From IMG/VR virus record IMGVR_UViG_3300042922_001018: a stretch of 64,000 nt of DNA; one strand, written 5' to 3'. The DNA is from a virus. Lineage: Duplodnaviria; Heunggongvirae; Uroviricota; Caudoviricetes. Position 1 is the first letter of the stretch, and each line of letters begins with the position of its first letter. The notes below the pieces were generated by a model. The model was given only the letters and a program-made list of their open reading frames with translations, was not told the DNA's origin and did not search any database. Positions 44,038 to 53,063 of this stretch are shown here, piece by piece. The position numbers and the translations under genes are program-made.

Positions 44038-46662
44038 TCAGTCTGCGAGACCCTCGGCGCGCAGCCAGTCATCAAACTGAGTCTCGACCCCGTGTTCGTC
44101 TACGACCTTGATAACGCCGAGCGGCTGCCGCTTCGCGTCCGTCACACCGAACATGTTCACGATTGCGCCGTGGACGTGGACATCAGACCGTCCCGACTGC
44201 TCCTGGACGAACTGTGCCAGAGCCTTCGCCTTCGCAGAGATTTCTTCCGGCTGTTCACGGTGCCATGTGTACGACTTCGTCTCGACGATGGCGAAGTGGA
44301 TACCGTCCTCCTTCTCGAAGTACAGGAACCAGTCCGGGTAGAAGAGATGGATGCGAGCACCGAGCTGGTACGGGATGGCCAACGATTCGAGACCACGGCC
44401 TTCGGACTTGAAGTATGCCACAAGAGGAGCGTCCATATCCTCGACGATTCGGCCAACAACGTCAGGGAAATGCCCCTCCTTCTTGCTGTCGAGAGCTGCC
44501 TTGCTGGGGCGTTTGGCGTAGAGGTATAGCCCACCGCCGACCTCGGCGTCACCGTCAACGCGGTGAGTCTCAGGAACCTGCCAGTCCTCAGCGGCCTCAG
44601 GTGCAAACCACTCAGCAGGAAGCTCGCGCTTCCCCACGGGGGAAGCCATGCCCGCTGCCCAGATATGGTTCAATCGGTCTCCGTTGTTGCGAGTAGCGGA
44701 GACGAGAGCGTAGATGCGCTCATCCTCCCAGCCGAAATTTTCGGCCAGCCCGGAAATGGCCGACATCAGTGACTTCCGTGAACGGGACGCATTCAGCTTG
44801 TTGGCGAGCAGGACAAAGGTAACGACGGCTGCTGCGTCCACAGTGTAGTTGGGCTTCAGGCCCGCGATTTCGACACGTTCGATGTTCGCCGCAGCGCTAT
44901 CAGCGCCGTCGCGAAGTTCCCCGACCATGGCGTACTCATTACGCTCGAACGCCAGGTCGAAACCGAGCGCGACCATGAGGTCTCCAAGGTCCGAATAGTC
45001 CTGGAAGGCGTTCGGGAGGACGCGCTTGATTCCAGCGTTGAAGATGCGGCGAGCCTTCGTCGCATTGACATCGTTCTGGCTCTGGCGCTTGTGGTAGAAG
45101 TTTGGGAACCGCAGCGGGCGAATCCTCTCGAAGATGCCGCCTTCCTTGCGATGCGCCGTAGCCGGGAATACGTCGATAGCCTCCTGAATGGCGCCGCCGC
45201 TCTTCTTGATGGCATCAGCAACCAGCTCGCTGGCGGAGAAGACGTAGGCCGCGTTCAGGGATGCATCCTTGTAGTGCCGAAGCTCCGGCATACGTGTTGC
45301 TCGACCGATGACCTGGAGCGCGAACGACCGGCTCTGCACGTTGCGCAGAAGCGCGAGGGTGGATAGCCGGGGTGCGTCGTATCCGACAGCCACTGCCTGC
45401 TTAAAAATGAGCACCTTCGAGGGGTTGGAGTGGTCCTTGAAGACGTTCTCTCCAGCCTCATCGAGGAGGTTCTCTTTCCGGGTCGCAGTCCAGATTGAAA
45501 CCCGCCCGTTCTCCACAGTCCAGCCGAACAGCTTGTCCAACACGAGGAGGGTGTTCTCCAGAGCGGGTTCGGCCTTCCCCAGCTTCGCAAAAGCCCGCTC
45601 GTTCTTTGCCTCGACTTCGAGAGCGTTCTCCTTGACGAGACCGTTCGCGTCGATGACATTGCGGCTGTCAGGGAGCTGGATTCCGGCAGCGAGGTTCAGC
45701 TCGATTCCGGGCACTTCCGCTTCGAGCGAAGCCTGGAGCTGGTTCAACCACCGAATCGACGCGTAGATGTACACGGCGTTGTTGTGCTCGTTCGCTGCCT
45801 CCAGACCCTCGCGGTCCTCATCGGACATCTCTGCGAGAAGCGCGTTGTACTCCGCCGCACATGCGTCGAGTTCGAGATTGACGTATGTGGTATCTACGAT
45901 GATACCTTCCGAACGGACGTGCTCGCGCGGAACATCAAACCAGAAGCGCTGTTCCGGCGCGAGGCTCTTCTCCTTGCCATGAGGGGTTGCCGTTACAGCA
46001 ATCTGGACATCAGGGGCAATCGACTCGATGTACGCCTTCTGATTGGCTACGCCATCCAGGTGAATGTGCGCTTCGTCAATGATGGCAACGATACGGTAGC
46101 CGCGAGCGCGTGTGTTCCGGAGGATGGAGGCCAGGGTCACACCCCGCTCGCCCTCTGCGATAAGGTCATTCCCCTCCTTATTGATAGAGGACCAGTTGAG
46201 CAGGAGGACGGTCTCAGCGTCGAGGCCGTCCGGGTATCGCAAGACCTCCTTGCCGACGATGAGGTCTCGGCCGATGCCAAGGCCGTACCGTCGAAATGCA
46301 GACTCAGCCTGAATGTGGAGGGTGTTCGGGGCGATAACGACATAGACGACCCCCTTGAACGGAGCCTTGTCATTGTCTTGGCCGGTCTTCTCGATGGTAT
46401 TGCGGACATCTTCGCTCGTCTCGTCGATGAGCGCTGCCAGCATCGCCGTCTTACCCGAGCCGGTCGGCGCCGAGATGAGAAGCTTCGCGAAGTCATACTC
46501 GCCGAGCTTGGCCGGGGGCATCCCTGGCTTCGCATACGTCCAGGTAAGGATGTTTCCCTGGCAGATAGCCGACTTCACGCCGTTGACCAGCTTGCGCTGG
46601 TACCCGTAGAGGGGAATCATGAGGCTCATTATGCTCCAGAGTTTGAGATGGCTGCCCGCCAC
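44038..46662 (-). CDS. res: Type III restriction enzyme Res subunit (SF2 DEAH helicase-nuclease, 874 aa)
   Basis: Walker A LISAPTGSGKT; motif II IIDEAH; motif III VTATP; motif VI QVIGRATR; directly downstream of and overlapping the mod gene. Confidence 0.8.
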   Translation of the reverse strand: MAGSHLKLWSIMSLMIPLYGYQRKLVNGVKSAICQGNILTWTYAKPGMPPAKLGEYDFAKLLISAPTGSGKTAMLAALIDETSEDVRNTIEKTGQDNDKAPFKGVVYVVIAPNTLHIQAESAFRRYGLGIGRDLIVGKEVLRYPDGLDAETVLLLNWSSINKEGNDLIAEGERGVTLASILRNTRARGYRIVAIIDEAHIHLDGVANQKAYIESIAPDVQIAVTATPHGKEKSLAPEQRFWFDVPREHVRSEGIIVDTTYVNLELDACAAEYNALLAEMSDEDREGLEAANEHNNAVYIYASIRWLNQLQASLEAEVPGIELNLAAGIQLPDSRNVIDANGLVKENALEVEAKNERAFAKLGKAEPALENTLLVLDKLFGWTVENGRVSIWTATRKENLLDEAGENVFKDHSNPSKVLIFKQAVAVGYDAPRLSTLALLRNVQSRSFALQVIGRATRMPELRHYKDASLNAAYVFSASELVADAIKKSGGAIQEAIDVFPATAHRKEGGIFERIRPLRFPNFYHKRQSQNDVNATKARRIFNAGIKRVLPNAFQDYSDLGDLMVALGFDLAFERNEYAMVGELRDGADSAAANIERVEIAGLKPNYTVDAAAVVTFVLLANKLNASRSRKSLMSAISGLAENFGWEDERIYALVSATRNNGDRLNHIWAAGMASPVGKRELPAEWFAPEAAEDWQVPETHRVDGDAEVGGGLYLYAKRPSKAALDSKKEGHFPDVVGRIVEDMDAPLVAYFKSEGRGLESLAIPYQLGARIHLFYPDWFLYFEKEDGIHFAIVETKSYTWHREQPEEISAKAKALAQFVQEQSGRSDVHVHGAIVNMFGVTDAKRQPLGVIKVVDEHGVETQFDDWLRAEGLAD

Positions 46663-48512
46663 TCTCCCACCAGCTTAGCAGCCAGTGGGTCGTTCGTGCA
46701 AATCAAGCCCAAACGCTCCTCCCAGTCGTAGGCTGTGTCGTCTTCAGAGACCACTACAGCGCTCGAAACATCGCCGAGCGACGAGATAGCCACTCTGAGG
46801 CTCTCGAAGACATCTTCGTCGTCATCGAGAGCCTCAGAGTCATGTGCGACGATGACAGCACGTGAGTCGTGCGAAACCGCCAGGCTGAACTCAGCAGTTT
46901 CCAGAACTGGCACTGCGTTGTGGGCGATGAGAGCTGCCGCGAAGAGATAGGGGCGAAGCTCGCGGTACAGCTCAGCGTCCTTCTTCGGCTCTGTGCCCTT
47001 GCCGTAGACTGCACCATCTACGTTGTACTTCACGACCTCGCGCTTACGAGAGGGAAGCAGGCCCATCTCGAAGACCTGGAGACCCTGGCCGAGTGACGGG
47101 TGAGGCTTGCCATCAGCCCAGTCCTCCCCAGTCAAGACGCGGCGCAAACGCTCACGGGTGATGTCCTGCGCGATGTTGACGGCCCGAGCGCGCTGCTTAT
47201 CGGTCGTGGCGGCGGACGGGCCAGCCTCGGATGCCAAACCGGCGTCCGTCACGAGGATAGCCTGCCGAGTGCCACCGTCCTCGGTATTCAGCTCGGCTAC
47301 AGCCTGGCCGGTCGTCCCGGAGCCAGCGAAGAAATCGAGCACGATGTCATCCTCAGCGGTAGCGATGCGCACGAGGTGCTTGATGAGTTCGACCGGCTTC
47401 GGGAACGAGAACTTGTCAGACCCGAGTACGACTTTGAGGTTCCCCTTCCCAGTCTGCGACCGCCCGAACCGCTCGTCGGTGAGCAACGTGCGAGGCTGCT
47501 GCGCGTCTTTTTCGTAGTTCTTGGTATAGACCTTGCCATCCTTGAAAACGAGGTCGTCCTTGTACGCTGCAACGTTCGCCTGACTCCAGCGCCAGCATAC
47601 CTTTTGTCCCGGTACTCGGATTTCGGGGAGGTATGTCTCACCATCCGGACCGACAATAGGAAAATCGAGAGTGGGCGCGTAGCGGAGACTGGTCTTGTCT
47701 AGACGAATGAGCGTGTAGTTCCCATTTTCGTCCTGAAGAGGGTAGCTCTCTCCTGCCACAGCCACGGAATCGAGGTAGAATGTCGGCTTGACGAGCGGGG
47801 AGGCTCCGAAAGTGAGGACGTACTCGTGGTCGGTCGTGATGCCGTGAGCATCGTTACCGCCGCCCGCCTTCTTCTTCCAAATCTGGTTCGCGACGAAGGC
47901 ATCCTCGCCGAAGATGGCGTCCATCAGGAGCCAGAGGTGCCTCAGCTCGCTATCGTCGATGTGGACGTAGATGATGCCGTCCTTCTGGAGAAGACGCTTG
48001 GCGGCGATGAGGCGTGCGGCCATGAGCGTGAGCCAGAACGAGTGCGAGAAGCGGTCGCGGAACGTCATCTCGTCGCTGTTGCTGACGTAAGGCGGGTCAA
48101 TAAGTACCAGCTTCACGCTGCCCTTGTGCGTCGCGGCGAGAGCCACGAGGGCCAGCAGGTTGTCGCCCTGGATGAGTGAGTGAGCAACTCCGCCGTCGGG
48201 AGTTACCACATCAGCGTCCGGGATGCGCTTGAAGAACGGGAGGTGGGTCCGCAGCTCGCTTGCGAAGTGGTCCTCCTCGGGAACCCAGCGCAGCCCCAAT
48301 GCCTGAGACTGCTTCTCCGCGTCGTCGAGAAGTACGCCGATACGGCCGACATTCTCAATCACCTTGCGCGTGATGTCAGAGTCGCGGGTCAGCGAATCAC
48401 GGTCCACGCTGTTCTGGATGTCTACGGCGAGGGCGCGGAGGTCTGAGTAGATGGTCACCAGAGGACTATACCACGAAACTGGCGAGGTGTAAAACACCAA
48501 AGGGCTTGACAT
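46629..48512 (-). CDS. mod: Type III R-M Mod subunit, beta-class N6-adenine (or N4-cytosine) DNA methyltransferase (~627 aa, start trimmed)
   Basis: Motif IV LIDPPYVSN followed by motif I DFFAGSGTTGQA (beta order); track ORF extends to 49037 but its first ~175 aa are antisense to the LRV genes; ATG 48512 (MSSPLVFYTSPV). Confidence 0.8.
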   Translation of the reverse strand: MSSPLVFYTSPVSWYSPLVTIYSDLRALAVDIQNSVDRDSLTRDSDITRKVIENVGRIGVLLDDAEKQSQALGLRWVPEEDHFASELRTHLPFFKRIPDADVVTPDGGVAHSLIQGDNLLALVALAATHKGSVKLVLIDPPYVSNSDEMTFRDRFSHSFWLTLMAARLIAAKRLLQKDGIIYVHIDDSELRHLWLLMDAIFGEDAFVANQIWKKKAGGGNDAHGITTDHEYVLTFGASPLVKPTFYLDSVAVAGESYPLQDENGNYTLIRLDKTSLRYAPTLDFPIVGPDGETYLPEIRVPGQKVCWRWSQANVAAYKDDLVFKDGKVYTKNYEKDAQQPRTLLTDERFGRSQTGKGNLKVVLGSDKFSFPKPVELIKHLVRIATAEDDIVLDFFAGSGTTGQAVAELNTEDGGTRQAILVTDAGLASEAGPSAATTDKQRARAVNIAQDITRERLRRVLTGEDWADGKPHPSLGQGLQVFEMGLLPSRKREVVKYNVDGAVYGKGTEPKKDAELYRELRPYLFAAALIAHNAVPVLETAEFSLAVSHDSRAVIVAHDSEALDDDEDVFESLRVAISSLGDVSSAVVVSEDDTAYDWEERLGLICTNDPLAAKLVGEWRAAISNSGA

Positions 48513-48525
48513 CTCGGTCCCAGCA

Positions 48526-48535
48526 CGCCTACAGT
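48526..48535 (+). promoter_or_regulatory. CGCCTACAGT element (plus strand) upstream of the LRV-repeat operon, divergent from mod
   Basis: cagcaCGCCTACAGTaagaATG...gaaaggacacctcATG; TACAGT fits -10 TANNNT. Confidence 0.4.
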
Positions 48536-48539
48536 AAGA

Positions 48540-48986
48540 ATGTCGAAAGGACACCTCATGAACAAGCTTTCCCTCGCTTCCGCGAAGAACCTCACGCCCA
48601 TCCAGGTCGGCCACCTCGCCGCCGATGAGAACCCCGAGGTCCGCCAGGCTCTCGCCACCAACCCGAGCACGACCCCCGCCATCCTCTCCTACCTCGCCGA
48701 AGACGCGGACCGGAACGTTCGCATCGCGGTCCTCCGCAACGCTCGCACCCCGTTCAACGTTCGAGTCGCGGCCGTCGAATCCGGCGACCTCGAAGCGGCT
48801 ACCGTCGCCTACAACAAGGCGTCGGACTACCAGAAGGCCCAGCTCCAGCCGCGCCTCGTGCAGAACGATGACGAGACCCTCACCGACTTCGTGAGCCGGG
48901 TGCGCGGCGACGCCCGCCGCCGGGCGTTCGAGAAGATGGGTGCGGCCCTCGGAGCGGAAGACGCCGAACTCGTCGAGACGTGGTGA
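48540..48986 (+). CDS. LRV/HEAT-like repeat protein 1 (start 48540 or 48558)
   Basis: Repeats of the type AADENPEVRQALATNPSTTPAILSYLAEDADRNVRIAVLRNARTP (leucine-rich-repeat-variant / PBS-lyase HEAT-like); SD GAAAGGA before ATG 48558. Confidence 0.6.
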   Translation: MSKGHLMNKLSLASAKNLTPIQVGHLAADENPEVRQALATNPSTTPAILSYLAEDADRNVRIAVLRNARTPFNVRVAAVESGDLEAATVAYNKASDYQKAQLQPRLVQNDDETLTDFVSRVRGDARRRAFEKMGAALGAEDAELVETW

Positions 48987-49432
48987 GCCGGATGGAGGCA
49001 AACGCAGTGCGCCTCCGGAACGCAGCGGACCCCGCAACTGCGGTGACGCGCCTCCGTGAGTACGCTGGTGATGCCTTGCCGCGGGTACGAGCGGCAGTGG
49101 CTCGGAACGCTTCTACACCGCTCGCGCTCCTCATGGAACTCATCGCTGACGACCAGCTCGGCGTGGCGATGGCAGCGATGGAGAACCCGGCCGTCCCCTA
49201 CGAAGTGCGCCGCGCCGTCATCGAGACCGCCAAGGACACGAACCTGATGATGGCTGCCACCCGCAGCGAGGACGGAGCGGAGTCGCAGGTTCTACGGAAG
49301 CTCGCTGACTCCATCCGGTCTGCACGACGGAAACGTGGGCCTGAGTCGAAGCATGACATTCGGCGCCGGGCGCTGGACAAGATGGGTGCCGCCCTCGGAG
49401 CGGAAGACGCCGACCTCATCGAGGCATGGTGA
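48980..49432 (+). CDS. LRV/HEAT-like repeat protein 2 (150 aa)
   Basis: ...DALPRVRAAVARNASTPLALLMELIADDQLGVAMAAMENPAVPYEV...; the C-terminal 18 aa DKMGAALGAEDADLIEAW duplicate the end of protein 1. Confidence 0.55.
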   Translation: MVSRMEANAVRLRNAADPATAVTRLREYAGDALPRVRAAVARNASTPLALLMELIADDQLGVAMAAMENPAVPYEVRRAVIETAKDTNLMMAATRSEDGAESQVLRKLADSIRSARRKRGPESKHDIRRRALDKMGAALGAEDADLIEAW

Positions 49433-49433
49433 G

Positions 49434-50384
49434 ATGTCTCGGGTAGAGGCCATCAAGCGCCGCAGGACGGCGGAACGCAGCGAAGACGACACGGTGCTCC
49501 GCACGCTCGCCGATGATGAAAGCCCCATCGTGCGCTCCGGCGTGGCCCGGAACGAGAGGACTCCCGGTGACGTACTCACCCGCCTCGCTCTGGACCGAAG
49601 CCGACCAGTCGTGTTCGCGGCGCTGGGGAACCCCAGCCTGCCGGTGACCGTTCGGTACACATTCGCGCAGAAGACGCTTGACCCGGAGTACGCGAGCGCC
49701 GCGGAGGCGGGAGCGCCAGAAGTTCACCGCGCTGCGCTGCACGCGCTCATCGTCGAGCGCAAGGCTGACTTCAGAGCTGCGAACCAGACGCAGTCCCAGA
49801 AGCAGAAGCGCCTGACGGCTGAGCTGGCGCTTGCCAAAGACCCGGCGCTGACGCCCGAGCAGCTCAACCAGCTCGCGCTGTCAGCGAGCACACCCGTGCG
49901 AGTCGCTGTAGCCAGAAACCCGCAGACGCCTGAGTACGCGCTGTACCGGCTCGTTTCCGACCCTGACCGACTTGTCCGCAACAGCGTCTCTATCAACCCC
50001 AGCATCCCGTTAGCGATGCGACGGCGTATCGTCTCAACGGAGAGCGATGTGAACATCGTCGGCCAGCTCATCGCCACCTCCCCGGAGAAGCACCGAGAGG
50101 AACTGGCCGCGTTGGCCCGGAAGTCTCCTCATGAAATCGTCCGCTCGTTCTGGGCTGCACGGGCCGCGAAGCAGAAGAAGGAGACCGCGGTCCAGCGTAA
50201 AGCCGCGGCTGCCGCGAAGCAGTGCCCCACCCCTTCGAAGAAGAAATACCCCACCGAAAGCATCGCGCTCGGTAAGAGCGGGTGGGCATCGAAAGTGTTC
50301 GAGGGCAAGCCGGTGGGAGTCTACCCTTGCCGGTGCGGTTCATGGCACATGACGACGAAAGTCAAGAAGCCGAAACGGACTTGA
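49434..50384 (+). CDS. LRV/HEAT-like repeat protein 3 with Lys-rich tail and Cys-x2-Cys/Cys-x-Cys..H zinc-ribbon-like C-terminus (316 aa)
   Basis: DDESPIVRSGVARNERTP..., NPQTPEYALYRLVSDPDRLVRNSVSINPSIP; C-terminus KQCPTPSKKKYP...YPCRCGSWHMTTK; ATG 49434 with SD GAGG. Confidence 0.55.
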   Translation: MSRVEAIKRRRTAERSEDDTVLRTLADDESPIVRSGVARNERTPGDVLTRLALDRSRPVVFAALGNPSLPVTVRYTFAQKTLDPEYASAAEAGAPEVHRAALHALIVERKADFRAANQTQSQKQKRLTAELALAKDPALTPEQLNQLALSASTPVRVAVARNPQTPEYALYRLVSDPDRLVRNSVSINPSIPLAMRRRIVSTESDVNIVGQLIATSPEKHREELAALARKSPHEIVRSFWAARAAKQKKETAVQRKAAAAAKQCPTPSKKKYPTESIALGKSGWASKVFEGKPVGVYPCRCGSWHMTTKVKKPKRT

Positions 50385-50409
50385 CACGCGGCGGAGCCGT
50401 CGGTAATGT
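50381..50409 (+). promoter_or_regulatory. Sigma70-like promoter TTGACA-N17-TAATGT, 7 nt before ATG 50417 (leaderless-type)
   Basis: The TTGACA overlaps the TGA stop of gene 49434-50384. Confidence 0.45.
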
Positions 50410-50416
50410 TGTCCTC

Positions 50417-50704
50417 ATGAGCACGGACATCAACCCCGCAGAGACCATCGACCAGGCCATCAACGCGCTGCCTTTCGTGCGCCGTGGCCACGACGACCGG
50501 GCCGCGTACGACGAAGCGTACGACACTCTCGTGGAGCAGTTCAAGGATGCCCTCTACGCAGAGAGCGGCGAGGGACTCACCCCCGCCCAGGCGGAGCACA
50601 TCTACCAGTTCGCCTACCGCGAAGGCCACGCCTCCGGCTGGTACGACATCCGGAACCAGTACATCGACCTCGCGGACTTCGCCCGCACCATCCTCGCTTC
50701 CTGA
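50417..50704 (+). CDS. hypothetical protein (95 aa); leaderless homologue of the C-terminal domain of gene 63476-63946
   Basis: PAQAEHIYQFAYREGHASGWYDIRNQYIDLADFARTI vs EQHAKLFDRAWEQGHSSGYYSVESEYEDLAEFVETF. Confidence 0.5.
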   Translation: MSTDINPAETIDQAINALPFVRRGHDDRAAYDEAYDTLVEQFKDALYAESGEGLTPAQAEHIYQFAYREGHASGWYDIRNQYIDLADFARTILAS

Positions 50705-50714
50705 CCATCGACAA

Positions 50715-50756
50715 GCGGCCCCAGCCATCCACGGCTGGGGCCGCTTGTGGTTTCTG
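50715..50756 (+). terminator. Rho-independent terminator (12-bp perfect stem GCGGCCCCAGCC, 6-nt loop, T-rich tail)
   Basis: GCGGCCCCAGCC-atccac-GGCTGGGGCCGC-TTGTGGTTTCTG, 10 nt after the stop of gene 50417-50704. Confidence 0.65.
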
Positions 50757-50779
50757 CCGGTCTCCGATACGCTGACATC

Positions 50780-51085
50780 ATGGACATCCTCGAATACCTC
50801 GCCAGTTGCCTCGAAGAGGCCGCGCTCCAGGCCTCCGACGGCAGCCGCCCGTTCACTGGCAACGAGGCTACCGCCATCGCGGAGAGCCTGCTGGCCGACG
50901 AGAAGCTGACCTTCCGCAAGCGCGCGTGGGGCATCATGAGTATCGACGGCCAGGTGTACCTTCACAAGGCGGTCCAGCAGGCTGCCGCAGCAGCCGGACG
51001 GACACTGAGCCTGGATGACGTGAAGGGCATCACCGGGTTCCTCCTGTGGTACGGGGAGAACCTCGGCATCATCTACGTGCCCTGA
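50780..51085 (+). CDS. hypothetical protein (start 50780 ATG or 50747 GTG)
   Basis: MDILEYLASCLEEAALQ... Confidence 0.4.
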   Translation: MDILEYLASCLEEAALQASDGSRPFTGNEATAIAESLLADEKLTFRKRAWGIMSIDGQVYLHKAVQQAAAAAGRTLSLDDVKGITGFLLWYGENLGIIYVP

Positions 51086-51124
51086 CAGGTTGCGCCGACG
51101 GCGATAGCGCGGTACCATGGGGTC

Positions 51125-51325
51125 ATGGCACGTTACGCTGACATCAAGCCGGGGCGCCGAGTCCACGTCCTTCACCTGACCGACAAGGGGTTCCAGGCGA
51201 AGGAGTTCACCGTGCTCAGCAAGGACTCGAAGCGTGTACTTCTCGAAGACCTGAACGGTGAGCGTGTGCCGCTGAAGCGCGCCATCGTCGAGACCTCCAA
51301 GGTCCAGCTCGTCGCGGAAGTGTGA
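51125..51325 (+). CDS. hypothetical small protein (66 aa)
   Basis: Lys/Val-rich. Confidence 0.4.
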   Translation: MARYADIKPGRRVHVLHLTDKGFQAKEFTVLSKDSKRVLLEDLNGERVPLKRAIVETSKVQLVAEV

Positions 51326-51552
51326 GCGTGTCCAAGAACGTTGTGCGTATCCGCCGTCGCGTCATCGACGAGGACTACGGCTACTACGTCTTGGTGACGC
51401 TTATTCGCGGGCGTATCTTCAAGCGGACACTCGCGAAGCGCACACGATATGTGCCCATCGAAGGGGACGCTCGCGAAGCTCTGACCCTCGCCTTTCAGGA
51501 GGCTGCGGGCTTCGCCGAAGAGCTGCGACGGTTAGCGACCATGTACCGGTAA
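51322..51552 (+). CDS. hypothetical small protein (76 aa)
   Basis: ATGA overlap with the upstream gene. Confidence 0.4.
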   Translation: MSVSKNVVRIRRRVIDEDYGYYVLVTLIRGRIFKRTLAKRTRYVPIEGDAREALTLAFQEAAGFAEELRRLATMYR

Positions 51553-51573
51553 GCCACCGTGTAGGCTAGGTGC

Positions 51574-51909
51574 ATGAAGACGCCTGCGGATAGCGCCATC
51601 GCGCAGCTTGCGACCATGACGGTGGTGCCCATGGACCCGACGAAGTTTCAGAAGCGGTACAAGGGGCTGTGGAAAGACTTCGAGCGAGCGCTTCGCAGCG
51701 ACTACGGCCGCGGCATCAGCCGTACTCTCCATGGCGCCATCTACTCGTTCTCTCACGAGAAGGGCTACGACAGCTTCGAGAAGGTCGAGTCGGAGTACAT
51801 CGCGAACATCGAAGTCGCATTGCTCGGCGCAGAATCGTTCGAAGGGCACCGGCTCCAGGACGTTCCCGAAGTCATGCGACTGCTGAACGAACGCCACAAG
51901 TCTTCCTAG
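51574..51909 (+). CDS. hypothetical protein (111 aa)
   Basis: ORF, same strand as neighbours. Confidence 0.45.
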   Translation: MKTPADSAIAQLATMTVVPMDPTKFQKRYKGLWKDFERALRSDYGRGISRTLHGAIYSFSHEKGYDSFEKVESEYIANIEVALLGAESFEGHRLQDVPEVMRLLNERHKSS

Positions 51910-51948
51910 CGCTGCGGTACGAGAACCGCCGGGTGGTACACTCGGTGT

Positions 51949-52278
51949 ATGACCACCCCGGCGGGGATTGCTACCGCCGCTCTAGGGCAGGGCGGCGTTA
52001 GTGAAGAGCGCATCCTAGAGACTTTCGAGGAGAACCTGCGCGTTTTCTACGCTGGCGGGATGGCCCTCTCCCTTCATGGCCCTGTTCTTCACTCCGCCTA
52101 TCTGTACGCCTACGATGAGAACAATCTCTTCCAGGTGCAGGAGAACTACATCCGTCTCGTTGCTGTTGCGCGGGAGGCGCTCGGCGAGCGTCGGTTCATC
52201 CGGCCCGCAAGGAACAGCGTACGCGTATTCGTCCGTGCCGCTCGAAAGACCCTCGGCCCATGGCCGGTGACGCTGTGA
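51949..52278 (+). CDS. hypothetical protein (109 aa)
   Basis: ORF. Confidence 0.45.
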   Translation: MTTPAGIATAALGQGGVSEERILETFEENLRVFYAGGMALSLHGPVLHSAYLYAYDENNLFQVQENYIRLVAVAREALGERRFIRPARNSVRVFVRAARKTLGPWPVTL

Positions 52279-52289
52279 TGCTTGCTGGT

Positions 52290-52298
52290 CCGCCTACA
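52290..52298 (+). promoter_or_regulatory. CCGCCTACA element 7 nt upstream of ATG 52306
   Basis: ggtCCGCCTACAcgagggcATG, in the 27-nt intergenic gap. Confidence 0.45.
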
Positions 52299-52305
52299 CG
52301 AGGGC

Positions 52306-52833
52306 ATGACTTTCAACCCCTCCGACCATCCGCGCGAAGCCAGCGGCCAGTTCACTGAGAAGGCGGGCGAGGCGCCCGAAATCACGCTCGAACGCGTCAA
52401 GGAAGTTCTCAGCACGCCCGACTCTCGCGGTGGCCGCTACGGCTCGTTCGGAGGGCACCCTGTCTACATCCCCGGTGCGCCTCGCGTGCACGCAGACCTC
52501 GACGAGCTACGGAAAGGCGTGGACCGAGCCACGTGGTCGTTCGTTGAGCAAGCGCTTCAGAACACGCGGAACACCTTCCGCGAAGACGAAGCGGAGTTCC
52601 TCCACAGTCTGACGAAGAGCGCCCGTGACAACACGTACTACGCAGAGCGACTGAACGGTGTCATCGACAAGTACATCAGCGGTCTGAAAGGCAAGCACAT
52701 CCGCGTCACGGACGACGAAGATGACGACACCTACACCATGCGTATCGAAGACACGCGGCCCGGCGGCGAAGTCCTTATCGGCGGTCGGTGGGAGAAGCTG
52801 AACAGTCAGCACGAGTGGGGTATCATCGGGTGA
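52306..52833 (+). CDS. N-terminal-leader family protein (175 aa)
   Basis: MTFNPSDHPREASGQFTEKAGEAPEITLE; the track's TTG start at 52282 is an upstream extension. Confidence 0.6.
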   Translation: MTFNPSDHPREASGQFTEKAGEAPEITLERVKEVLSTPDSRGGRYGSFGGHPVYIPGAPRVHADLDELRKGVDRATWSFVEQALQNTRNTFREDEAEFLHSLTKSARDNTYYAERLNGVIDKYISGLKGKHIRVTDDEDDDTYTMRIEDTRPGGEVLIGGRWEKLNSQHEWGIIG

Positions 52834-53027
52834 TGAGCTTGTCATCCCACGAACACGACCCCGAGCCGTACCTTCTCGTCATGCCGGACGGCTCGTACAC
52901 GTGGTCTCGCTACCGCACCGCTGAAGTTCCCGGCCGGAGCACCGTTCTGCGGCCTCGCTTCGAATACTGCCAGGACCAGGAGCACTACTCCGCGGCTCGA
53001 TTGGACATCGCGGCTTCAATACTGTAA
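52833..53027 (+). CDS. hypothetical small protein (64 aa)
   Basis: TGATG overlap; MSLSSHEHDPEPYLLVMPDGSYTWSRY... Confidence 0.4.
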   Translation: MSLSSHEHDPEPYLLVMPDGSYTWSRYRTAEVPGRSTVLRPRFEYCQDQEHYSAARLDIAASIL

Positions 53028-53063
53028 GGTGAGCAGTCCTGGGGGCAGGATTGGGTAATCATC

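Noticed and set aside
47100-47702. 200-aa plus-strand ORF inside mod
   Set aside because: Antisense to the methyltransferase coding region.
48513-49037. N-terminal 175 aa of track ORF 46629-49037 (Mod)
   Set aside because: This extension is antisense to the plus-strand LRV-repeat genes and is Gly/Arg/Val-rich; the methyltransferase most plausibly starts at ATG 48512 (MSSPLVFY...), giving a typical ~627-aa Mod.
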